Source: Vulcanimicrobiota bacterium (GTDB lineage: Bacteria; Vulcanimicrobiota; Xenobia; Xenobiales; JADMJV01). Taken from it: DNA of 64,000 nt. The notes under the pieces were generated by a model that was not told the DNA's origin, searched no databases, and saw nothing but the letters and a program-made list of their open reading frames with translations. A program made the translations under genes and the position numbers. The stretch is from contig JBFWNU010000005.1 of the NCBI GenBank assembly GCA_050250895.1, positions 480,001 to 544,000 of the forward strand. The letters are read 5' to 3'. This document shows, in pieces, positions 29,047-37,546 of this stretch (its first letter is position 1; every line of letters begins with the position of its first letter).

Positions 29047-29777
29047 GCGCCCGGTTCCTTTTGTTGTTCTTCTTGCTCTCGAGCCTTGGCCTGGCCCAGG
29101 AGTGGACCACTGTCGAGTCTTTTTTGTGGCCTCGGGGAACAACGATTCAGATGCGGGGCCGAAACCTGACGATCCTTTGGCGCGACGGTAGGCCATTCGT
29201 CAGAACCACTGAAGTAGCCGACCCACTCAACCTGGAGAGCGACGAGGAATACGTCGACCTGACTCTGGCCCTGGCCCGGACTGGGCGCAAGATTCGCCTT
29301 TTGAACGGTGTGGTTGAGATTGATTCCGGCCTCACGAGCGCGCCGGCAGCGTCGAACGTCAGCTATCTAGGTCCTGTTCCGCCTCAAGACGACGAAGAAT
29401 TGGCGGGTCTTTTCGAGGTGATGGTCGAGCGTCTCGATGTCGACGACCAGGCGGTTCGAGCGGCGATCGTCATTCATAACGTGAGTGGCGCCACGGTGAG
29501 TGCCAAGGCGGTTACCTGTTACTTTGCCCAGGACGGAGTTGCCTTCTTGAGGCAGCAGATGGTTCTGCCCTCTCTCGCTCAGAACGAGAAGCGCGCCCTG
29601 GTGTTTTATGGTCTTCATCGCGGGCACCTGCCGGCGGGTGCGCAACCGCAGGTGGAGTTGAGATTCTCGAGTTACGCCGAGAAGGGCCCGGCTCCCAGCC
29701 GGGCTGAAAAGATGATGGGCAGCGACCGCGCCAAGAAGACCTATTCAACCAGAGCGAGGAGTTGGAAGAAGTTCTAG
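29043..29777 (+). CDS. Hypothetical secreted protein with C-terminal Ig-like beta domain
   Basis: Signal peptide MSARFLLLFFLLSSLGLA; alternating beta-strand pattern (AAIVIHNVSG...VTCYF). Confidence 0.6.
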   Translation: MSARFLLLFFLLSSLGLAQEWTTVESFLWPRGTTIQMRGRNLTILWRDGRPFVRTTEVADPLNLESDEEYVDLTLALARTGRKIRLLNGVVEIDSGLTSAPAASNVSYLGPVPPQDDEELAGLFEVMVERLDVDDQAVRAAIVIHNVSGATVSAKAVTCYFAQDGVAFLRQQMVLPSLAQNEKRALVFYGLHRGHLPAGAQPQVELRFSSYAEKGPAPSRAEKMMGSDRAKKTYSTRARSWKKF

Positions 29778-29923
29778 CCGGTCCGCGCGGGTGAACCGGC
29801 CACGGCCGCGGTGGCACTTGTCGGTCTGCTGCTGTCAAGGCACCCACCGGGCTCACGTCACGACCAGCCGTCGGCCTCATTGCAGGAACACTCGGGTGAG
29901 GACGCAGAACAGCGCCTTTGCCG

Positions 29924-31024
29924 ATGAATACCTTCGAGATTCTATACCAGGCTTTCCGAGCCAGGTATTCCCTCAACCGGGTCCAGGAGATGCTCGACCA
30001 TGGTTGCACGCTGGCCCTGATCGCCCGCGACGACGAGGGGCTAGAGACTCTGGCCTCGTTTCTGGGCGAGCCTAACAAGGATATCGATGGGACCGACCCG
30101 CTGGACGACGTGGTCAGGTCCACCATCGACCAGTTGCCCCAAGAACCTGATCTGCTCAAGGAATGTGACGCCGCTATCGTCTACTACAGCGACCGGATTC
30201 CTGAGGAAGAAGAGCTGAGGGCTACGGCTGAACTCATTCCCATCCAGGTCCCCTGTCTGTGGCTGGTCGATAGCGAAGAGACCATTCCGATTCCCGAAGC
30301 CCTCTCGGTGCCGGCTTTGCGTTCGATTCCGCCCCGAGCGGGCGGCCCTCGGGTCTGTCGTCTGATCATCGGGACTTTTCCCGAGTTGGCTCTGGTCCTG
30401 GCCCGGCGCTTTTCGCGGGTGCGCAAGATCTACAGCCGTCGTCTGACCAATCAAACGGCAGCCCGCAACGCGGCCATCGCGGCCTGTTCCAGCCTGCCCG
30501 TGTCGACGGTGCCGGTCATCGGCATCGTGTTGAGCCTGCTGGCCACCACCGGCGAGACCCTGGTGCTGACCGCCAGCCAGTTGCGACTCTGCCTGTTGGT
30601 AGCCGTCATCCACGGTCGTCCGCTCGATTTTTTCGACCGGATCGGCGAGTTGTGGCCGGTGGTGGGCGGCGGCTTCGGGTGGCGCACCGCCGCCCGAGAG
30701 CTAGCCGGGCTGGTTCCGGCGGTGGGGTGGCTGGCCAAAGCCAGCATCGCCTACTCGGGTACCTGGGCGGTGGGGGAGGGCAGTCGCCTGTTTTACGAGG
30801 CCGGCAGCCCCGCCGACCATGAAATCCAACGCGAGCTCGCTCGCCGCAGCCGCAATCAGGCCGCCGTCGAGGCCCGCGATTTTCTGGCCAATCTCGGCGA
30901 CCGCCTCGAGAAAGATCTGATTGGACCCGAAGAATTAGAAGAGCTGACCCGGCTTGAGGACGACGAGCCCGAAGATGCCGAGGCTCCCGTTCGTGGTGAT
31001 TCCGAGGAGGATGAAAAGGCCTGA
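29924..31024 (+). CDS. Hypothetical protein with DUF697/EcsC-like C-terminal helical domain
   Basis: GGGFGWRTAARELAGLVPAVGWLAKASIAYSGTWAVG motif typical of DUF697-like proteins. Confidence 0.6.
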   Translation: MNTFEILYQAFRARYSLNRVQEMLDHGCTLALIARDDEGLETLASFLGEPNKDIDGTDPLDDVVRSTIDQLPQEPDLLKECDAAIVYYSDRIPEEEELRATAELIPIQVPCLWLVDSEETIPIPEALSVPALRSIPPRAGGPRVCRLIIGTFPELALVLARRFSRVRKIYSRRLTNQTAARNAAIAACSSLPVSTVPVIGIVLSLLATTGETLVLTASQLRLCLLVAVIHGRPLDFFDRIGELWPVVGGGFGWRTAARELAGLVPAVGWLAKASIAYSGTWAVGEGSRLFYEAGSPADHEIQRELARRSRNQAAVEARDFLANLGDRLEKDLIGPEELEELTRLEDDEPEDAEAPVRGDSEEDEKA

Positions 31025-31059
31025 GCCCGTCACTACGCCGTGCCCTTTGGATCCTGGTA

Positions 31060-32943
31060 GTGCTCGGAGGGCTCGCGGCCCTCGGCCTCTTGGCGCGGCG
31101 CCAGGCTCTTGAGGCCCGCAATCACTCGGTCGAGATGGTGGCCGATCTGGCCGCCGCGGTCGATCTCGCTAGAGCCCGGCATGTCTCGCTGCCCGAAATG
31201 TTGGCCGAGTTCTCACGCCTGGGGATCGGTTCGGTTGCCGTCAACGAGTTGCATCTTGACGATCTGATCGACTCGGGGCAGGTGCTGGCCATGCGCGGTC
31301 TCGATCTCAGGCTGGCCATCGCCAATGGCGCCGTCGAGGCCCCACCGGGGTTTGAGCCCAATCCTACCTATTCTTACGTGGTCTTCTTTGGCCAACCGCA
31401 ACTGGCCCACGCTATCGCGAACTATCTCAAGCCGCTGATCGCAGACGAGGTCAAGCTCTATGGCGACTCGTTGCTGGAGACCGCGCTGGACCTGCGCACT
31501 CTCCGGGGTGAAGGCCTGGGATTTCCCCCCTCGTCGTTGGAGCCGGTCGAGGCCGCCGGGTTGCGGGTCTGGTTGAGGCCCGAGAACCGGGCCGCCATCA
31601 CGGCCCCCCAGGTCGAGGCGCTCTTCGACCACTTCGCCCAGGTCAAAAACGTGGAGGGGGTCATCTTCGGGGGCGGCCTCAACGAGGCCCTGGGCTACCC
31701 CGACGCCCTCGACTCTACCGCCGCTCAGCTCCGTCAGCGAGGCTGGAAGGTGGGCTATATCGAGCTTTCGGCGGCCCAACAACAGAAGGGCATCGAGACC
31801 CTGGTGCGCCAACTGCCGGACCTGACGGTGCGGTTGTTGGCCGTCTCGCCAGCTCATCAGGCCAAGCTCGACCCCTATCGGGTGGCCGCTATGTATAGTC
31901 TGGGAGGCCGCGAGCGCAATATCCGTCTGCTCTATCTGCGGCCCTATCCCGAGCCCGGCGGCGAGGCCGACAACAAAGAGCTGTTTCAACTGTTGGGGCA
32001 AGAGTTTCCGCCCCAGCGGCAAGCCAGCACCTTCGAGGTGCCCGAGCCTCCTCCGTTGATGTTGATTCTCTTGGTGGCCCTGGCAGCGGGCGCGGGCACC
32101 TGGCTGTTGCTGGGCGCCCTGCTCGAGCTGCCCGACTGGGTGGGCTGGGTCTTGCTGGCGGCGGCTCCTCTGGCCACCATGGCCTGTCAGGCCATTCACT
32201 TTGGCCAACTCTGGCGAACCCTGATGGCGCTGGGGATGGGCTGTGTCTTTCCCTTGCTGGGGGTCGTGGCCAATCTCGAATTGCTCGAGGACGTCTCCCG
32301 ACGCCAGGAACTGGGCGGTCGGCTGAAGGGATGCACTGCGCTGCTCTGGCGCACCTCGCTGGTCTCTTTAGCCGGAGCCCTGCTGGCCGCCTCGCTGCTC
32401 TACGAACCAACTTTCTGGCTGGGTCTGGACCGTTTTCGCGGGGTAAAGTTGCTCACGCTCGGAGTGCCCTTGCTGGCGGCTCTGGTGGTGCTGGTGGGCA
32501 AAGGCCGGCGCGCCCGCTTGCGGGCTCTGCTCGATAGCCCGCTCAAGGTCTGGCACCTGCTGGCGATGGGCGGGGGAGCCGTGTTGGGGGTGCTCTACCT
32601 GTTGCGCACCGGCAACGATTCGGCCGGTACCGCCACCGAATCCGAACGAGTCTTGCGCGTGGTGCTCGACCAGTTGTTGGGGGTGCGCCCGCGCTTCAAG
32701 GAGTTCTTGCTGGCACACCCGGCCATGGTCTTGACACCGGCCCTGGGCTGGCTGGGCATGCGCGATTTTCTGGCCCTGGGGGTCATGCTCGGCGCCGTGG
32801 GTCAAGTCGGCATGATCGACACCTTTGCTCATATCCACACGCCCCTGGTGGTATCGTTGGTCCGCAGCCTGCTGGGCCTCGTCCTGGGCTGGTTGCTGGG
32901 TCTGATCGGAGTGGTCGTAATCACTCGCTGGCAGAAGCGTTAG
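31060..32943 (+). CDS. DUF5693 family membrane protein
   Basis: ERNIRLLYLRP, FRGVKL, GVRPRFKEFLLAHP, DTFAHIHTPL motifs; the start may lie ~39 nt upstream (CTG 31021). Confidence 0.8.
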   Translation: MLGGLAALGLLARRQALEARNHSVEMVADLAAAVDLARARHVSLPEMLAEFSRLGIGSVAVNELHLDDLIDSGQVLAMRGLDLRLAIANGAVEAPPGFEPNPTYSYVVFFGQPQLAHAIANYLKPLIADEVKLYGDSLLETALDLRTLRGEGLGFPPSSLEPVEAAGLRVWLRPENRAAITAPQVEALFDHFAQVKNVEGVIFGGGLNEALGYPDALDSTAAQLRQRGWKVGYIELSAAQQQKGIETLVRQLPDLTVRLLAVSPAHQAKLDPYRVAAMYSLGGRERNIRLLYLRPYPEPGGEADNKELFQLLGQEFPPQRQASTFEVPEPPPLMLILLVALAAGAGTWLLLGALLELPDWVGWVLLAAAPLATMACQAIHFGQLWRTLMALGMGCVFPLLGVVANLELLEDVSRRQELGGRLKGCTALLWRTSLVSLAGALLAASLLYEPTFWLGLDRFRGVKLLTLGVPLLAALVVLVGKGRRARLRALLDSPLKVWHLLAMGGGAVLGVLYLLRTGNDSAGTATESERVLRVVLDQLLGVRPRFKEFLLAHPAMVLTPALGWLGMRDFLALGVMLGAVGQVGMIDTFAHIHTPLVVSLVRSLLGLVLGWLLGLIGVVVITRWQKR

Positions 32944-33025
32944 CGAATCGGGGAGGGGTCTCGGCAGGGGAGCGGGAAGTCCCGCCGAGACGGGCTTTGG
33001 TCCGTTTAAGCAGGTCCGAAAATGA

Positions 33026-33054
33026 TTGACACTACAGTGTCTATGTATTATAGT
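33026..33054 (+). promoter_or_regulatory. Near-consensus promoter overlapped by the palindrome GACACT-AC-AGTGTC
   Basis: TTGACA-N17-TATAGT; perfect 6-2-6 palindrome at 33028-33041. Confidence 0.7.
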
Positions 33055-33118
33055 GAAAATTGCTTTCGCTATAGGAAATGGACAGGATCGTTTTCCTGAC
33101 TAAGTGAGGGAGGCCTCA

Positions 33119-33637
33119 ATGGAGGAACTGAAAGACATTCGAGCCGGCGGCAATTTTCTCGAAAAGTTGATGCGCATGGTGCCCGGCTTCGGCGGTTATC
33201 TCGACCGCGAGCGGCGTCGCGACGCCGACAAGTTACAGCGCGAATTCCTGGCTAAATCGACCACCGAGATCAAGCGGCGAATCCAGGACATCGGCGAACA
33301 GATGCTGGCCAACGGAGATATGAGTCAGATGGCCAAGCTCGACGGTCTCACCAATCGCCTCGACCGCGTCACCGAACGTATTCGCCACGCGGCTCAGGGC
33401 TACGCAGGTTTCTTCGAAATCAACCAGGTCAACTCGGAAGAACTTGACCGTATCTACGAACACGACCTTTCCATGCATGTCGAGATCGACAACGTCAATC
33501 AGGCGCTCGACGCTTTCCAGACGGCTGTCGATTGCAACGACAATCCCGGCGCCCGGCTGGGTGACGTGCAAAGGTTGGTGAACGCGCTCGACGCCAAACT
33601 TAACGAGCGCGAAGCCATCGTGAAAGGAGTCTATTAG
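33119..33637 (+). CDS. Conserved hypothetical helical protein coupled to the SPFH gene
   Basis: VPGFGGYLDRERRRDADKLQRE, GYAGFF, ELDRIYEHD; RBS GGAGG; stop overlaps the next start. Confidence 0.75.
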   Translation: MEELKDIRAGGNFLEKLMRMVPGFGGYLDRERRRDADKLQREFLAKSTTEIKRRIQDIGEQMLANGDMSQMAKLDGLTNRLDRVTERIRHAAQGYAGFFEINQVNSEELDRIYEHDLSMHVEIDNVNQALDAFQTAVDCNDNPGARLGDVQRLVNALDAKLNEREAIVKGVY

Positions 33638-34839
33638 TGTTCGGTAAGTTGAAACAAGCAGTCACTGGTGGGACCAAGGGGATCATCGAGGTTATCGAGT
33701 GGATCGACTACCATCCGGACGCCATCGTCAAGAAGGTGCCCGAGCATGGCCCCGGCCAGATCAAGTTCGGCGCCAACCTGATCGTTCGCGAAACCCAGAC
33801 GGCTGTATTCTTCCGCGATGGCAAGGCCCTGGATACGTTTGGTCCGGGTCGTCACATCCTCTCCACCGCCAATCTTCCCGTCCTCCAGAAGGTGGTCGAG
33901 CACGCCACCGGTGGCCACAACCTGTTCACGGCCGAGGTCTACTACGTCAACCAGAGGATCTTCACCGACCTCAAATGGGGCACGCCCAACCCCCTCGATA
34001 TGAAAGACCCCGACCTGGGCTGGGTGCAATTGCGGGCTTTCGGTACCTTCTCGGTGCGCATCGATGACCCGATGCTGTTCGTCAACACCCTGGTGGGGGC
34101 ACAGAGCCTGTACACCACCCAGTCGTTGAACAACTTCCTCAAAGGCAGCATCCGCACCCACCTCAACGACCTGATCGGCACGACTTTCGAGTCGTATGCC
34201 AAGATCCGGTCCAATGTCGAAGAGATGTCGGCGGCCATGAAGATCAAGGTCCGCGACGACTTCGGCAAATACGGTATCGAGCTTCGCGACTTCTTCATTC
34301 AGGACGTTTCCGTCCCGGAAGAAATTCAAGAAGCTTTCCGGATGCGCGCCAAAATGGGAGCCCTCGGTCTTCAAGGTCCGCAGGCCTACACCCAGTTCCA
34401 GGCCGCCAACGCCATGCGCGACATGGCTCAAAACGAAGGAGGCGGCGGTCAGATGATGCAGATGGGCGCCGGCTTCGGAATGGGAATGATGTTCCCTCAA
34501 ATGATGGGTCAGGCCATGGCTCCCGGAATGATGCCCCAGCAGGGCTACGGTTATCCGCCCCAGGGCTATCCGCCGCAGCAGGGCTATCCCCCTCAGGGCT
34601 ACCCGCCGCAGCAGGGATATCCGCCCCAGGGTTATCCGCCGCAGCAGGGCTATCCGCCGCAGGGCCATCCCCAGCAGGGATACCCGCCTCAGGGGGCTCC
34701 CCAGGGCGGTCCACCTCCCCAGGGTGGTGGCGGTATGGATGTCCAGGCCAAAATCGCCAAGCTGCAAGAACTCAAAGAAATGGGAGTTCTCAGCGAGGAA
34801 GAGTTCCAACAGAAGGTTCAACTGCTACAAAGCCTTTAG
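33637..34839 (+). CDS. SPFH (band 7, YdjI-like) domain protein with GYPPQQ repeats and C-terminal SHOCT
   Basis: LIVRETQTAVF..DGK, FGPGRH, KWGTPNP, LRAFGTFS; AKLQELKEMGVLSEEEFQQK SHOCT motif. Confidence 0.88.
   Translation: MFGKLKQAVTGGTKGIIEVIEWIDYHPDAIVKKVPEHGPGQIKFGANLIVRETQTAVFFRDGKALDTFGPGRHILSTANLPVLQKVVEHATGGHNLFTAEVYYVNQRIFTDLKWGTPNPLDMKDPDLGWVQLRAFGTFSVRIDDPMLFVNTLVGAQSLYTTQSLNNFLKGSIRTHLNDLIGTTFESYAKIRSNVEEMSAAMKIKVRDDFGKYGIELRDFFIQDVSVPEEIQEAFRMRAKMGALGLQGPQAYTQFQAANAMRDMAQNEGGGGQMMQMGAGFGMGMMFPQMMGQAMAPGMMPQQGYGYPPQGYPPQQGYPPQGYPPQQGYPPQGYPPQQGYPPQGHPQQGYPPQGAPQGGPPPQGGGGMDVQAKIAKLQELKEMGVLSEEEFQQKVQLLQSL
34539..34692 (+). repeat. Coding tandem repeat of 15-18 nt units, (Q)QGYPP
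   Basis: Repeated CAGGG(C/A/T)TA(T/C)CC units encoding QGYPPQ. Confidence 0.85.
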
Positions 34840-34847
34840 CCGATGCG

Positions 34848-34879
34848 AAAGAGGTGGCGAAAGCCACCTCTTTTCCTTT
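34848..34879 (+). terminator. Rho-independent terminator
   Basis: AAAGAGGTGGC-GAAA-GCCACCTCTTT followed by TCCTTT. Confidence 0.8.
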
Positions 34880-35010
34880 GGGCCCGTCAGCTGCGTCCAC
34901 CATCTTTGACCGCCGGCCGGGACCCTCCGGTCAAAGTTGTTAACTTTCCATCTCTTGGGCTGCCCTGGGCAGTGTGCTATGATGGGGCTATCACACGGCG
35001 AGGTGTTTCT

Positions 35011-35922
35011 TTGCGTCAACTGCTAAGCGTTCTGCTACTACTGAGTCTGGCTTGGCCGGCTGCGGCCGGGGTCACGATGTCGGGTAAAATCGAGAGCTAC
35101 AATGGCGGCACCGGCATTCTGGTGCTCAAACTCAATGACGGCTCTCTCAAGAACTTCAAGCTCGACAAGAACACCAAAGTCGAGTGGATGGGGCGCAACG
35201 GCTCGGTCGCCTCACTGCCCCAGGGCACTCAGGTGGCCGTGCGTCTGTGCGGGGCCATCAACGAGAATCCCGCTCCCATCAATCTGGTTACCGACTGGGG
35301 CAACTCCTCGAAGTATGTAGCCACCGCGGCGAAGTCTCCCTACTACACTCGCCAGGGCCAGTATGCTACGGCTGCCGGCGTGGGTGGCGTCCCCGAAGGT
35401 GCTCCCATCAACAACGACCCGGCCACCACCATCGGCATGCTCGGCAACGGCGGCATCGCACCCACCGGGCCGCCCCCCGGTGTGCTCACCGGACAGGCGA
35501 CCATCAATCCGATGTTGGCCCCCGGCGTGGGTGGTATGCCGATGAACCAGGGCGCCAAGATGTCGATGCCGATGAACATGATGAACAATGGCATGATGAA
35601 CAACGGCATGGGGCAGATGGGCTTCGAGAACGGCGGGGCCGGCTCGCTGATGGGTCTTGACGGCGAAGACGGCGGGATGATGGGCAGCAACAACTACGGG
35701 GCCGGACAGGTTTCGATCCAGGCCCGGGTGCTGCAGGCCGACCCCACCACCCAGACGCTGATGGTTCAATCGTTTTCGTCTCCTCAGCCCCAACAGGTCA
35801 TCGTGACTCCCGGTGCTCAGGTCGACATGCAGGCTTTTCGCCCCGGGGCGATGGTGCAGATCACCGGCACCGCCGTCTCAGGGGCCATCCAAGCCTTTTC
35901 GGTGACGTCCGCCGGGCCGTAG
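35011..35922 (+). CDS. Secreted protein with two OB-fold-like (DUF5666-like) modules and a Met/Gly/Asn-rich linker
   Basis: TTG 35011 after GAGGTG; signal peptide RQLLSVLLLLSLAWPAAA; SLPQGTQVAV and AFRPGAMVQITG module ends. Confidence 0.6.
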   Translation: MRQLLSVLLLLSLAWPAAAGVTMSGKIESYNGGTGILVLKLNDGSLKNFKLDKNTKVEWMGRNGSVASLPQGTQVAVRLCGAINENPAPINLVTDWGNSSKYVATAAKSPYYTRQGQYATAAGVGGVPEGAPINNDPATTIGMLGNGGIAPTGPPPGVLTGQATINPMLAPGVGGMPMNQGAKMSMPMNMMNNGMMNNGMGQMGFENGGAGSLMGLDGEDGGMMGSNNYGAGQVSIQARVLQADPTTQTLMVQSFSSPQPQQVIVTPGAQVDMQAFRPGAMVQITGTAVSGAIQAFSVTSAGP

Positions 35923-35947
35923 CGGTCCAGCATCGCCCCCAACGCTG

Positions 35948-35970
35948 AAGCCCGGTTGGCCGGGCTTTTT
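35948..35970 (+). terminator. Rho-independent terminator
   Basis: AAGCCCGG-TTGG-CCGGGCTT followed by TTT. Confidence 0.75.
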
Positions 35971-36008
35971 GCTTTGTTCCGGACTCCTGCCGCCCGCAAA
36001 CCGTGACG

Positions 36009-36125
36009 CTGACAGGCTCGAACGAGTCCCATTGTCAGAAGAAGGGAACGGTCGTTCTGCCGCGAAGGCGCCAGACCTTCCCGAGGAATCGCGCGAGGTT
36101 GCCGTTTCCTCCAAATAGAGGGAGG
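36009..36125 (+). promoter_or_regulatory. Structured 5' leader (three hairpins, anti-SD) upstream of the 3D-domain gene
   Basis: CTGACA/TGTCAG, GGGAA..GGTC/GACC..TTCCC and GAGGAA/TTCCTC stems; CCTCC is complementary to the SD GGAGG. Confidence 0.45.
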
Positions 36126-36130
36126 TAACG

Positions 36131-36604
36131 ATGAAAAAGTTCCTGATTCTGATGATAGCCCTGACGGGCCTGGCTTCGGCCAATCCCACCTATCTGGTGG
36201 TGCCCGATCAGCGACCCGAGATGACCGGCAAGATCGCCAATGAGTTGATCGATGCCTTTCAAGGCGCCGCCGACACCGCCCTGGCTGAAGCCACTCCCGT
36301 CGAGAAGCCGGCTCCGGCAGTCGCTCAGAAACCGGCCGGTGGTCGGACGCTGACGGTCCACGCTTCGGCCTATTGCCTGCGCGGCCGCACGGCTTCGGGC
36401 AGCTACACCCAGACGGGCACCATCGCTGTCGACCCGCGCGTGATTCCGATGGGCACCAAGCTCTACATCCCCGGCTATGGTTGGGGCCGCGCCGCCGACA
36501 CCGGCGGAATCATCCTGGGCAATCGCATCGACCTCTGGTTCCCCAGTTCTTCCCAGTGCTACAGCTGGGGCGTGCGCGAAGTCACGATTACCGTCTACGA
36601 CTAG
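36131..36604 (+). CDS. Secreted 3D-domain protein (MltA/YocH-like cell-wall lytic enzyme)
   Basis: Signal peptide; ASAY, TASG, IAVDPRVIPMGT, AADTGG.I.GNRIDLW motifs containing the three Asp. Confidence 0.92.
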   Translation: MKKFLILMIALTGLASANPTYLVVPDQRPEMTGKIANELIDAFQGAADTALAEATPVEKPAPAVAQKPAGGRTLTVHASAYCLRGRTASGSYTQTGTIAVDPRVIPMGTKLYIPGYGWGRAADTGGIILGNRIDLWFPSSSQCYSWGVREVTITVYD

Positions 36605-36642
36605 GCCTTTAGCCCTTCCGGCTGTCGGCCGATGAATGGAGT

Positions 36643-37296
36643 ATGCCAGTCCATGGGTGGGGAATCCGACTTGCCGTCAAAGTTCTACGCATAGCCCTGT
36701 TTGGAGGGCTGCCGTCGAGTCAGAGCGAGGCTGAGCACCAGATTCGCGCCCTCGCTCGCGGACTGTGCGCCTCGAGTCTGGTTGGTGCGGCCGTGTTCGA
36801 GGCCTGGGGAGGCACCAGTCTGGCCATGGTGGCCGCCCTGGTGCCTCTGACCACCGCCCTGTTCTACCACATTCGCCCCGCCGCCGGTGCCTGGCTGGTG
36901 CTTGAAGTGGGTGGCCTGGGCGGTCTGGACGATCGCGAGTTTGGTTTTTTGGGCGAGGGGTTCCCCCGCGAGTTGCAGTCGGTCCAACTGGTGCGATTTA
37001 GCCACGCCGGCCTGGCCGGTCAAACGCTATTGGCTCTAGAGGCCAGAACGTTGAGGCTCAATCCAGTCTTGCGCAAAGACCGCAGGCCGCCGATTCGTTT
37101 CAAGGCGGCCCTGGTGTCGGACGAGTACGGGCGACGCCTGGACCCTCGTCAGGCCGCCGACCAACTACTGAGTTCGGGGCCGGTCTTTCCGGTTTTCGGG
37201 CTCGAGGCCGACGCCCTGCTCCCCCTGGGAGAGGCGGCCGAGCGGTTTGCGCTCAGGCTTGTTCCGGCGGCTCTTGAGGGTCGGTCTGGTCGCTAG
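36643..37296 (+). CDS. Hypothetical membrane protein
   Basis: ORF fills the gap and has two hydrophobic segments; no recognisable family, start uncertain. Confidence 0.4.
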   Translation: MPVHGWGIRLAVKVLRIALFGGLPSSQSEAEHQIRALARGLCASSLVGAAVFEAWGGTSLAMVAALVPLTTALFYHIRPAAGAWLVLEVGGLGGLDDREFGFLGEGFPRELQSVQLVRFSHAGLAGQTLLALEARTLRLNPVLRKDRRPPIRFKAALVSDEYGRRLDPRQAADQLLSSGPVFPVFGLEADALLPLGEAAERFALRLVPAALEGRSGR

Positions 37297-37546
37297 TGCG
37301 CCGGATGAGCACCAGGTTGCGCAGATAGATGAAGACTCCCGTGGTCTGACCCACCAGAATGACCGGATCCCCCAGGTGCACGGCATAGATGAAAAGACCC
37401 ATGCCCCCAGCCAGCGAGAAATACCAGAAACTGGTGGGCACGACGCTGCGTTTCTCCCGCTCGGAGGCTATCCACTGCACTACGAAGCGCATGAAGAAAC
37501 AGGCTTGAAAAACAAAACCCCAGACGAGCCAGGCGGTGGCGTTCAT
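37253..37546 (-). CDS. Lipid A biosynthesis N-terminal (LAB_N) domain small membrane protein
   Basis: GFVFQACFFMRFVVQWIASE...SVVPTSFWYFSLAGG...DPVILVGQ...IYLRNL motif. Confidence 0.88.
   Translation of the reverse strand: MNATAWLVWGFVFQACFFMRFVVQWIASEREKRSVVPTSFWYFSLAGGMGLFIYAVHLGDPVILVGQTTGVFIYLRNLVLIRRTSDQTDPQEPPEQA

Noticed and set aside
28676-29900. Integrative element at tRNA-Val
   Set aside because: No integrase and no duplicated tRNA 3' end (att site) were seen.
34539-34692. CRISPR-like array
   Set aside because: These are short in-frame coding repeats without unique spacers, and there are no cas genes.
35940-36130. Known c-di-AMP (ydaO) or c-di-GMP riboswitch
   Set aside because: The consensus blocks could not be matched by eye; only fragments (GCAAACC, GGTTGCCG) resemble c-di-GMP-I. 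Kept as an unknown leader instead.
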